From Cenococcum geophilum (Eukaryota), in contig CP158636.1 of assembly GCA_050273025.1 (NCBI GenBank), forward strand, positions 2,232,001-2,296,000: a stretch of 64,000 bases of DNA, in the 5' to 3' direction. Made by a program: the position numbers and the translations under genes. Shown here piece after piece: positions 52,106 to 63,337 of the stretch. The notes under the pieces were generated by a model. The model had not been told where the DNA came from and made no database searches. It worked only from the letters and a program-made list of their open reading frames with translations. How positions within the stretch are numbered: position 1 is the stretch's first letter; the number at the start of each line of letters is the position of its first letter.

Positions 52106-52393
52106 TACTATCTATTGCAAAAGATCGGAAACTCGCTAAGAGCCACGACGCGCGCATCTACCTTCCCCCCCCAATCAAAACAATATACCCCTTATAGTCC
52201 CACTAATATAGCTTTATATTTTATTAATAGAGGCCTATTTTATAGCTCTATTCTAGGGCTATAAAATAAGCCCATATTTATATAATTTAGGGCAGTTTTG
52301 GCAAAGTTATAGGGGGTGCTTATTTCTAGGAATAGAGGGGTCGGATTAGTTAGCGCAGAGCCTTAATTTAAGTTTTACAGTCACCCCCTATAG

Positions 52394-55300
52394 TGTTAAA
52401 TTGTAATACTTTAATTGCTTGATTTATCTATCTAGGGAAGGCTAGTAGCTATATAATACAATATTGAGGAGGCTGGTATTTAGCCTCCTGACGCCACCAG
52501 AGGATCGATTCTTAACACTCTTACTTAAACTGATGGTGCAGATCAATAGCTCCCACTTAATCCTTATAGGTAGATGAAAATTAACGGGGACTTCTTCCTT
52601 CTTTAGGCCTTATTAAACCTTAAAAAACTCTTTATAAGAAAATAGGGGAAGAGTGCCTAATAAAGTCCCTTCTAATAAAATAGACGTATTTGTTATACGG
52701 TCACCGCCTTTAGCTAAGCCAATAGCAATTTTCTATCCCTGGGATGGAAAATCCTAATTAATCTATTTAACAATTGTATTTAGCAGAATTCCACACTACT
52801 ACTTAAATTTGGTAGATATTACCAATGCACCTCTACGTTATACGGGGTAGATCTATAAGGTAGGGTAATTAATATAAGAGTGTTTTAGTATTAGTATTTA
52901 TACGTTCTTAATCCTAGTGCGTTTCTAAAGGCAATAAACTTGTCTTTTAGTAGGGCTTTAGTAAGCCTATCTACTACCTGTTTTTCCGTTAGGATATATT
53001 ATAGATCTACGTCCCCTTCGGCCTGTCTTTCCCGTATATAGTAGTGTTGGATTGATATATGTTTTATCCTAGGGTAGAATTAGGGGTTCTTAGCTAGGGC
53101 TATAGCGCCTTAGTTATCTCCGTAGATAATAGTCGCTATTAGCTCTTCTTCTAATTTAAGTAGCTCCACTAGGCGGTTCCTAAGCTAGACGGCTTCCTTA
53201 GTAGCTTGTATTTCTCCTACATATTTTGCCTCGTAAGAGAATAGTACAACAACTAGCTGCCTTTTTAATAACTAGCTAATTGCTCCGCTTCTAATATTAA
53301 AGATATAGCCTACGGTGGACCGTCTAGTTGTAATGTCTCTCGCCTAGTCTAAGTTAGTATATCTAACTAGTTCTTCTAAGAAACCGAAGTGGTTTAGTTC
53401 TAGGATAATAGTGCCTTAAAGGTATTAAAAGATTCGTTTTACTGCTTTAATATAGGGTTCTCCTAGGTTGGTTATATAGCGGCTGTAAGCTAACACTATA
53501 TATATAATATTTGGTCTGGTTCCTAGTATAGCGTATATTAGTAACCTAATTGCCCTAACGTACTAATTCTGGTCTGTTTCTATAGCTATAAAGCCTTCCT
53601 TAAAGGGTTCTAGTTTATTAGTATCTATAGAAGTTACTACTGGTTTACACTCCCACATATTAAATTCCCGTAGTACTTTTTTAATATACCCCTTTTGATG
53701 AAGCTAAAGGGAGTGGGTTAGTTAGTCTCTGCGTACTAATATCCCTAAGTAGTAGGTGTAAGGCCTTAGGTCAGTTATCTAGAAGCGTTTACTAAGGGCG
53801 TCTTTAATTTTTTTTATTTCGCTTTTATTAGGGCCTACTATTAATAGGTCGTCTACGTAGACTACTAGGTAGATATAACCTTTAGCGAATATGCCGAGGT
53901 TAAATAAAAGAGGTAAAAAGCCTAGACCTTTTAGGAAGAGGGTGAAAGTGTAATACCAAATTCGTAGTAATTGTTTAAGTCTATAGAGTGCCTTATTTAG
54001 TTAATAAACTCTTTTTATCCTATCTTTTAGCCCCGTTAGTTGCTTAACGTATATCTCTTCATCAATTACTCTATAAAGGAAGGCTGTCTTAATATCCATT
54101 TGTTTAATTTTAAGGTTAAGGGCTGCGGCAATAGCGAAAATTATTTTATAGCTTATTGGTTTAACTACTAATGCAAATATCTCGTTATAATTAACGCCTT
54201 CTTATTATTTAAAACCGCGTATAACCCAGCGGGCTTTATACCGTAGTATTTTACTATTTAGTCCTCTTTTAAGTTTATAGACCTATTTCCCTTATAGGAC
54301 CTATCTATTTAGGGGAGGGTTAACTAGGGTCTACGTAATATTGTTAAGTAGGGACGTATTTTCGTCTTTTATGGCTACAAACTATTATTTTTAAGAGATA
54401 TCGGCACTAGCTTGTGATAGTGTTTTTGGTTTAAAGGGCTTAGTTATAGCTTTTGCTGCTCCTAGGAGCGCTATAATAAACATATACCTCCTTATTAAGT
54501 CTTCTAAGTATTGGCCTTTAGTTACTCTTGTTAATATTTACAGCTCGGGGTAGTTTTAAAATGTCTCGTCGGGTACTAAGTGTACGTTCTCTATTTTAGA
54601 AGGTAGTTCCCTATTATTAGAGTTAACATTGGTTTAGTTTAACGATTTACCCGTATTTTACGGGTTCGTTTCGTTATTTCTTTCTAGCGTCCTACTGCTA
54701 GTAGCAGTTAAGGAGCTTGCGGAAGTGCCGCGCCCCCTTCTAGATAGTGTCTCGCTAGTATTTTCCCCTTTAAAGGTTTCGGAAGATTCGAGATTCCATA
54801 GCTAGGCTAGTGACTTATTGTCTACTAGGTTTCTATTTTCCCTATTAGTAGGGTATAAATCTTCTATATAAGGCACTCTTAGTTATTTTGGAGCCCTACT
54901 AGGACCTATAGGGTCTTTAGCTAGTTATTTATTTAACTGTTTTTATATCTCCCCTTTAGTATTTAGGGCACCTAAATAAGGTCTTTTTTCCATAAATATA
55001 ACATTTGCGGAGCGAGTAATTATACTATTTTTTATTAGGACACGGTAGTTCTGGCTTCCTTTAAAGCCAAGGAGTTTACACGGCATTGTTTTTATATTAG
55101 CAAGTTTTTGCTATTTCTTTTCTAGTTTTAGTACTAGGTAGTTATATCCTAGTACTTAGATAAAGGATAAATCTGGCTTCTTACCATACCAGGCTTTATA
55201 AGGTGTTTTGCCAATATAAGCGCTAGGGCTATAGTTACGGATTTTCATAATAGAGATAAGAATTTCCGGCCACTATTTCTTATATAGGTTTGCGTTTAGC

Positions 55301-58300
55301 AGTATAGGGTGGAGTTTATCTATAAGAATTCTATTTAATTATTTAGCGGCTCCATTCTGTTAGTGTTGCTCTATAGCTATAACTTTAATATTAATTCCTC
55401 TATCTGCGCAGAAGGTATAGAATTTATTTAACTAGTTTTCTCCTCCTTAGTTAAGTCTAACGCGTTAACAACGGCGTTTAGGTTAAGAGTATTTTTCTAT
55501 AAAGCGTTAGAAGCAACGGAAGAACTTGCTTTTCTCAGTAATAGGGTAAGCTTTAACTATCTATATATAGTCGTTAAGAAACGTAACCTAGTATCGGTTT
55601 TAGTTGTAGCCTATAATAGGAAAGAGACCGGTAATATTAGTATAAATAAATTTAAGTGGGTAGGTTCCTGGTTTGAACTTCTTTTTATATAGCTTCTCTT
55701 TTATTTGTCCTTAGACGTATAGAACGCATACGCAGTTATTTAAGGGTAGGTCTATTCCAGTTAATATTATTTTAAGCCTTTATAGATTTTACTCCCTTAG
55801 GTAACCCATTCTTTTATACCAGATTTTATACTATACGGTAGTAACTATATAGGTAGTTAGTTCTAGGGGTAGTTCTAATTATTAGATATTAAAAGCGTAT
55901 AGGCTATAGAGTAAGGATGCTTTGAATTTTGTTCCTTTTACGGTAATAGTTATATCGTTATTATTAAACCCCATTTTTGCTCCTTTTGCCCACAGCTTTA
56001 ATATAGAAATTAGATTAAACCCCCCTTTTAGGACATAGAGAGTGTTATATAGGTATAGGTCTACGTTTTTATTATTAATAAGGCAGGACAGTTTTATAGT
56101 GCTAATTGCTTCTAGTATTACCCGCGCTCCTATAAAGCCCCTAAGTAGTCTACTAGTATAGCTTTATAGTTTTATAAAGTCTTCTTTTCGGCAGTTAGAG
56201 TGGTAGGAGCAGCCGGAGTTAAGAAAAAAAGTCATTATAAGGTTTATATCTATATCGGCTACTATAAGGTAAATGGCTTCTATGCTATCTAATATAGAGT
56301 AGCTTAGTCCTACTATTAGTTCAATTTCGTTCTCTTCTATCGGTTTATTACCCTTAGGTTTCTTATTTTCCTTACTATAGAAGTTACTTCGTTTCCTCTT
56401 TCTTTCCTTATACTTTTCCTCATGGTGCTTTCTTCCGAGGTCTGGGTATAGTTTCTAACATTCGTCCTTTATATAGTAAAGTTTATAGCAGTACTCGCAA
56501 CCCTTTAATTTTTGGGTATTTTGGGAGATTACTAGTAGGGCAGTCTTATTGTCTTCTCGTCCCTTTATATTCTATTCTTCCCTTTCTGCTACTTATATAA
56601 CTTTATTAAACATTACAGCTGCTCTTATAATCTTATTTTTTTCGTCTTCTTTAGGTAAAAGGGAGTATTTTTAGTAGAATAAGGTTAGGAATATGTTGTA
56701 GTCTGGGCCGAGTCCTATTAGGAATTTACTAGCTAGGGAGATTTTACTAATTATGCAGTTAGGGTCAAGCTCTATAATTTCTATTTATGCTTCTCGTAGC
56801 TTTTCCATATAGTTTATTACCCCTTTATAGGTATCTAGGATAACCTCCTAGTAACGTCTCTTAAGGTATTAGTAGACTGCACTTCCTATTAAACGGAACC
56901 GTTTTTGTAGCTTAGTAAGGATCTTATTTACATTTTTAATTTCTTTAACCTCCCTTATAGCGCTATAGCCGAGTCTACTTCGGATAATGCTATATACTCG
57001 TTCCTGTTTATTAAGCTAGGTATTTAACTTAGTTTTATAGATTGCCTCTAATAGGGTCCCTTATTCTGGTCTTTTGACGTTCTATTTAAGTAGATCTTTA
57101 TATCTATTTATTAATAAGTAAAGGCGCATCTGCTTATTAAATTCTATCTATCCTATAGTAGATTCCAATTTCCTTATCTTATCTAGTCCTTTAGTCCCCC
57201 TTTTAGTTATAAAGCTTATTTTCTTAACTATAGGTATCTTTGATAAGACTAATAAAGAGTTCTTAGGCTTGTTAGGGATAGGTTTAATTATTAAGGCCTA
57301 GGACGTTTAGGACGTTCGGGGGAGATAGGTAAAGGTAAGACGTTTATAGTATTAGGTTTAGAGTCTTTGACGGTAGTAGAGCTTTAAGGTTCTGGCGTCT
57401 CTACTTCTTCGAATTTAATAGATTTATATATGGTTTCGGATACTAGAGAGCATTCTTCATTTATTTCGGTTTTAGAGGTCTTTGGAGTATCCAATAGGAT
57501 AGGTATAACTAAGGTATTACAAGGTAGTTGAGGAGGGGTTCGGACTTTAAGACTGAAGAGTTTAGTTAAGCTGGTTACAGAGAGGGTACTATTAGAGGCT
57601 AAGGAGCTATCTGAATCACTAGAGTAGTTAGGTATAGTGCTAGGGTCAAAGTTGTAGTCTTTAAGGTCCTCCGCAAAGATATTGCCAGTGTTATTTTCCT
57701 TAAGATCTTTAAACATGTAAGGGTAGAGGAAGATATTAAGGAAGCGGTAAAACCGTGCTAGTTATAGAGGTTAAGGCCTTAGTTGGTATGGAATTGGTTT
57801 TCTAGGCCTTCTATATAATCGTTAAGGTGTTGATTTCTTTACCGTTATGGTGGGCTTAATAGAGTATATACCTATTTTAAATTTAGATATACGGTTGTCT
57901 TGTGAAATAGAAAGGCTGGTATAGGGGTTTGGCGTTTTAAAAGAATTTAGAAGGTTGGGTTTTTAGCGTCTTGGCGCTCAGCCACCTTTACGGAGAGTCT
58001 TCCTAGACTCCTTTTTCTATGTCTTTTCATTTTTTTTAATTAGTTCGTATATATTACAGAGATATATAGCGGAAAAACAGCTGTAAGGCTGTAGAGTTTT
58101 CTCTAGAATATATTTTTTTAGTGGGTTATATAGTTGAATATAAGGTGTAGTAGGACTTAGCTAATTCAATTTGTATAACCCAGGCTCATAACCTATTAAA
58201 TTGTAATACTTTAATTGCTTGATTCATCTATCTAGGGAAGGCTGGTAGCTATATAATACAATATTGAGGAGGCTAGTACCTAGCCTCCTGACGCCACCAG

Positions 58301-58317
58301 AGGATCGATTCTCAACA
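52394..58317 (-). mobile_element. Ty1/Copia element K (non-GalEa family), full length
   Basis: 124-bp LTRs 52394-52517 and 58194-58317; TSD TATAG; PBS GGTTATGAGCC; knuckle CEYC..L.....EC ~56460-56500; protease FL(D)SGCSYH ~56200; RT YVDD ~53850; RNase H KHISIQHY ~53050. Confidence 0.96.
58179..58193 (-). promoter_or_regulatory. Primer-binding site of Copia K (GGTTATGAGCCTGGG), internal initiator-Met-tRNA type
   Basis: Abuts the 5' LTR; resembles the GGTTATGGGCCCAG-type copia PBS. Confidence 0.75.
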
Positions 58318-58627
58318 TATAGCCCTACTAATACAGCTCTATATTTAATAAATAAAGACCTATTTTATAGCCCTAGAATAGAGCTATAAAATAGGCCTCT
58401 ATTTATAAAATATAGAGCTATATTAGTGGGACTATAAGGGGTATATTGTTTTAATTGGGGGGGGGGGGGGGGGGTAGATGCGCGCGTCGTGGCTCTTAGT
58501 TATCTCAGTACAGTCATCACCGAAATATCGTGAACTCGCTTAGGACGCGAAAGAGCCGCATCGCCCCCCACCAAAATTTGTATAAGGGGCAATTCTTTTA
58601 ATTTTAACCACTACAATTGAAGTTATT

Positions 58628-59639
58628 ATAGGCCGCCGCCTTCTAGATACGGTTATTTATAGAATTAGGATTTGTATTAAAGCTAGTAAGGCAGTACTAG
58701 CTATTATAGAGGCTATAAAGGTGGCTAAGAATATAATTTATAAGATGCGATTAAACCTTAATCTTTGGGGCGAACTATACGCTCCTCTTACTATTGTTCT
58801 TAGGCAACTAAGAGCTCTATTACCTTACTAAGAAATGGTAATATATAACGTTATAGTGTTAAGCTTTTTACTAACTGCTTACACAGAGGCTTCTTAACTT
58901 TCTTAAAGATTAGCTAACTGTATATATAGATAAAATGCAGGCCTTCCTATTTAACGAGTTTGATACTTAAGTCTCCGCCATAACTGTCGCCTATATTCTT
59001 AAGAGAGCCTATTGGTTACAGAAGGTAGTTATAGCACATACAGCTTAAAGGAGCGCCCTCCTTTGTAACGCCTAGATTGGTATATAGAAGAGCTAGGTAG
59101 TAGAGTAGCTTATATTTCTTAATAAGTTAGTAGTAAATAAAAGGACTAGTAATAGGAAGTACGGCTAGTTATTAAAAGGGACTGTATGTGGTATAGTACG
59201 CGTACTTAAGAGGTTAGAAAGGTAGAGTATCCTGCTAGCGTTAGTAGTTAATAGATATCTTAACTACCTTATCTTTTAAGGCTCTATTACCTTTATAATA
59301 TTTAAAGCCTTTATAGAGGAGTAGGTACTACTTTATTATATACTATATCTAGGGCTATAATTAGTCCTTATTTTTAATAACGCGTTAATTTATAAATTAA
59401 TATGGCTTTAAGAGCTTTATAAGCAACACGGCGTCCTACTAAGATTTCTACTACTATACTTACTAGATTATAATCTAATTAAAGCTACGTTTAATAATAT
59501 TAAGGCTTAGATTAGAAGGAACTAGCGGCTAGCTAAGGACTTTAAGAGCTTTAAGGGCTTCTTATATTTTGCTATTAGTTAAGTATATAGTATATATATA
59601 GGAGCACACTTTTAAGAAGTAGGATATATTATAGAGTAA
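58628..59639 (+). pseudogene. DD34E (DDE_3) transposase with one intron (~58838-58886)
   Basis: Reconstructed FL(D)(E)SA.N, L(D)NA(S)I(H), FL(PP)Y(SP)DYN(P)I(E); 34 residues between the second D and the E; GTAATA...CTAAC...CAG intron. Confidence 0.9.
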
Positions 59640-59644
59640 TAGAC

Positions 59645-61178
59645 ACTATCTTAATTACTTAAACTTTAAGATTAGAGACCTAATTCTAACTAGCGTACTA
59701 ATCTTCAAGCTGTACCTCTCCTATTAATTTAATGTTATGCCTTTACCTAGCTTCTTTAACTTTAGCGAGTTAATATTCTATTCTTCCTCTACTAGCTTAT
59801 CCTTAACCTCTTCTAAAGTAGCCCTCTACCTCTTACTATTAAACTCTGGCTTATTAGCTAGCTAGTTAAAGAACTAGCTAAGCAGCTTAACTAGATCTGT
59901 TTCTAACTAAATAGGACTTAAGTTTTAGGGTGCTTTAATATTTAAAAATAGCGTAGAATATTAATAAAGAAGGTAAGTATTTTAGCTTATAGAATGGACC
60001 TAGTTTATAATTAATACTTATACTAGCTGCTTTAGGTATTCTATAATAGGATCTTCCTTTTCTACTACCGGCTCCTTCTGGCTCTTCTAACTCCTCTCCT
60101 TATTAGTAGATAAGATTATTATAATATATTGCGACGGCTACTTAATAGTAGAGTTGCTAGAAAGAAGCTCCTTATTTCACTATAGGAAATCTTATATATT
60201 TACAGGATAATAGTTAATTGTAATATTAGGCGAGTCGGGTAACTTCTTATTCTGCTAGCACGTCTTACCTTTATTACGGCAATGGATATTTATATAAGAC
60301 TACCGATCTATAATTGCTGGTATCCTATTACTAGAAGCATCCTTAGCAGTAAGTACGCTAGGTAAGTTGTTAATTTAAATCTGTATAGCTGTCCTTCTAT
60401 TTATAGGCCTATTAATTACTTACTAACTTAGAGTTACGGCCTAAGTCTTAGGCTCCTTCTCCTTAACTAAATATAAGGTAAAGTTTAAGGAGAGAGATTT
60501 TAATGGCTAGCGCTTATACCACTCCTTAACTATAGTAAGAGCTTAATCTAGATCCGAAGGCGACCGAATATCTTAAGGGCAGCAATTAGCTTGCCGCGCC
60601 TTCTTATAGAAGGCAACAGCTTAGAGCTAAATGATCTTAAACTTCCGTGGTAGTAGATATAGTATAGTTTTGTTCTGCTATTTATCTAGCTTAAAGTAGT
60701 ATATACTTTTAGTATTAAATATAGCTGACCTTATACTAGGAGGAGACTTCTTTCTACTACCTATAACTGCCTTCTAAACACTTATAAAGCGTGCGGGCGG
60801 TAGTAGTAATAGTGACCCTACATCCTTATCTTCTACCTCTACAAGCTCCTTAATATTCTTATCCTCACTCTTATTAACCTTATCTGCAGATATAGGCTCC
60901 ACGGGTATTGCCGGCGACAGCGGCAACGGCAATAGTAACGGTAACAGTAACGGTGACAATAATAGTAATAATAACGGTAATGGTGACGGTGACGGTAACG
61001 GTAATGGTACTAGTATTATCTTCTACCTCTTCTTTGCTACCTTTACCTTCCTTTTCGCCTTCTTTTTAGGCAGCTGTAAGATAGCAGAAGCAGGCATAGA
61101 TTAAGCGCGCTTTTGTTTAGAAGGCTTCAGAATATAACCCAACGATTAAGTAGGCAGCTAATGCTGTTGGGACGCCAT
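59645..61178 (-). pseudogene. Second (cargo) ORF of transposon I, ~500 aa, function unknown
   Basis: ATG at 61178; Lys-rich NLS-like tract, (Ser-Pro)n repeat, acidic tract, (W)S(C).NIHCRNKGKTC(W) cluster ~60255-60302, helical C-terminus; the stops I read are RIP-type. Confidence 0.75.
60915..61010. repeat. Hexamer tandem repeat (GGTGAC-like) encoding the Ser-Pro tract on the minus strand
   Basis: Degenerate GGTGAC/GGTAAC/GGCAAC units. Confidence 0.85.
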
Positions 61179-61744
61179 AAGATGCAACACTAAGATTTCT
61201 ATATAATCGGCTTAACCAGGTAACGCGCCAGCTTTAATATTTAGGCACTTATAGTAGGTGGTTAACGTATTATAGGTGGTTAAAATCAAAAGAATTGCCC
61301 CTTATACAAATTTTGGTGGGGGGCAATGCGGCTCTTTCGCGTCCTAAGCGAGTTCACGATATTTCGGTGATGACTGTAAGCGACTCAGACGGCAAGGGCA
61401 AACTGAAGGCGCACTCACTAGTCTCCATTCTAAAAAACGCCACTGTCTTTTAACCAATCAGCTATCTACCGACCTTAAGTTTGCCCTGCCGTCTGAGGGC
61501 CTTTGGTGCGGAACTCTATGGCGCTCAACTTTAATTTTCGCAATTTTGTATGAGAGACACTCTCTCCTGTATATTTAACCCCCTAACAACACCTATTTAA
61601 CCTAATAAGCTAATAAATTGAGTTAGACTAGTCTCCTTTACAATCGATTACTTTTTTATAATGGGAATACCACTTTCTTACGAGTTACGCGCTTTTAGTA
61701 TTTGGGTAGACACCGACGCGTCCCCAGCACTAATATACCAGGAA

Positions 61745-62152
61745 GCTTATAATCGTCTCTATAAACGTCTACACGAACGTCTCCGTCGTCTCTATAAATG
61801 TCTGCACGAACGTCTGCATAAACGCTTGCACAAAGCTCTACTTAAGGCTCTACACAAGGCTCTGCTCGAGCTCTATTGAGGCTCTGCTCGAAGCTCTATC
61901 GAAGCTCTACTCGAAGCTCTATCGAAGCTCTACTCGAAGCTCTGCTCGAGGCTCTGCTCGAGGCTCTGCTTGAGGCTCTGCTCGAAGTTCTGCTCGAGGC
62001 TCTGCTCGAAGCTCTGCTCGAAGCTCTATCGAAGCTTTGCTCAAAACTCTACTTAAGGCTCTACTCAAGGCTCTACACAAGGCTCTGCTCGAAGCTCTAT
62101 CGAAGCTCTGCTCAAAGCTCTATCGAAGCTTTACTCAAAGCTCTATCGAACC
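61745..62152. repeat. 12-bp minisatellite (GCTCTGCTCGAG and variants) in the core of element G
   Basis: Roughly 30 degenerate units with interspersed 10-11-bp variants. Confidence 0.93.
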
Positions 62153-62724
62153 ATTAATATTCTAGGCTCCATACGTACTATTACAACACAAAAATACTAC
62201 GAGGTAAAAGCCCTTTTTCTTCTCTATTACATCTATGTTGTGGTAATATTATAGCTTTATTATATAAAAAGTTAGACATAGGCGATCGGTCGTAAAATCG
62301 CGAAGATACGTTTCAGGGAGAATTCGCGTAGTGGACCTAACAAGACTCGTCAGAAAATTTCGACCTGTAATTTTAGAACTTTATATTAGCTAAAATGCAT
62401 AAATAAGTACATAGATAAATAAAGTAACCCTTAAAATATAATCGATTACCCTCTAAAGTGGTTAACTAGTCAACTGGTGGAGATATATTGCTCTCTAGCA
62501 GTATCGCGTTTAATTGATGAGTAGACCTTTATACATTTTCGCACCAAAGGCCCTCAGACGGCAAACGAGACCGCGCTTCTAAGTACAGGGGTTATATAAC
62601 GCTAGCAGGGTTTTTATATAAAGCTATACTAATTAAGTACTAGCGAGATTTATCTCGTTTGCCGTCTGAGTCGCTTACTGAGATAAGCTCTTAGCGAGTT
62701 TCCGATCTTTTGCAACAGACAGTA

Positions 62725-63186
62725 ACGTGCCTCCCTCCCTAGCGAGACACCCCCCCAAGCGAGACAATTTTTAACACGTTTTCTCAATTTTAGTAACAAT
62801 AAGATAGCTTTTTCTGAAATTTAAAAATTTAATATAAAGCAAGTATACTCTAAAAAACCCTCCTAAAAAGTATATAATTTTTTTTTGAAGGAATAAATTT
62901 TTATTAAAGATTTTTAGTTTCTTTAGTTTAGCGTGAAGATCGCAGCACGCTAGGTGGATCCTTATCACTAATAAACCAGGCTTTCCCACCCTTTTTTTTA
63001 ATTAGAGTATATTTTTATCTTCCTTCCTACTTAATAAAGTAAAAATTTAAATATATAGTTCATTTTTAAGATATACTCTATTTCAGAAATAGATTTAATA
63101 TAATATTATTTTAATAAGCGTGGCTCAGAATCAGGTAATTAAGGTGTCTCGCTGGGGGGGATGTCTCGCTTGGGGGGGTTTTACGT
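62725..63186. mobile_element. MITE H (462 bp), pogo/Fot1-like ACGT termini
   Basis: ACGT...ACGT ends with doubled AGCGAGAC subterminal motifs inverted at each end; TA at 62723-24 and 63187-88. Confidence 0.88.
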
Positions 63187-63337
63187 TAACCCGGACCTCC
63201 GATACCAGGCCAGGCTACATCCCCATACCACCAAGGGACTCCCTTCAGTACATCTCCGTCATGACTGCAATTCATATTTAACTTCAAAAGTCCGCAAGTC
63301 AAGTTTTAGCGCGATCTCTTGAACATCGCACCCAAGT

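Larger units (their letters stand above)
52140..58495. mobile_element. MITE/foldback element J (~430 bp without the nested Copia), ~130-bp TIRs
   Basis: GAGCCACGACGCGCGCATCTACC... (52140-52270) is inverted at 58358-58495; flanked by TAA and TTA. Confidence 0.8.
58511..61376 (+). mobile_element. Tc1/IS630-like DNA transposon I, 2866 bp, two convergent genes
   Basis: ~105-bp TIRs starting CAGTCATCACCGAAATATCG; TA duplicated at 58509-10 and 61377-78. Confidence 0.95.
52108..62722. mobile_element. Non-autonomous Tc1-like TIR element G whose left TIR is interrupted by elements J and I
   Basis: TIR CTGTCTGTTGCAAAAGATCGGAAACTCGCTAAGAGC-TTATCTCAGTA-AGCGACTCAGACGGCAA is contiguous at the right end (62659-62722) and split at the left (52108-43, 58500-10, 61379-95); TA on both sides. 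Confidence 0.8.

Noticed and set aside
13977..52264. Short ORFs from the supplied track in this interval as independent genes
   Set aside because: They are antisense or off-frame readings, LTR sequence, or fragments of RIP-broken TE proteins (e.g. 21417-21632 and 45864-46127 are Copia pol pieces).
58457..58474. G18 run as a functional G-quadruplex
   Set aside because: It is the mirror of the C-rich tract in J's left TIR; the length difference is explained by slippage, mutation or homopolymer sequencing error.
1..63190. Centromere or subtelomere assignment
   Set aside because: AT-rich RIPed nests occur in many chromosomal contexts; there is no TTAGGG array or other positional evidence in the window.
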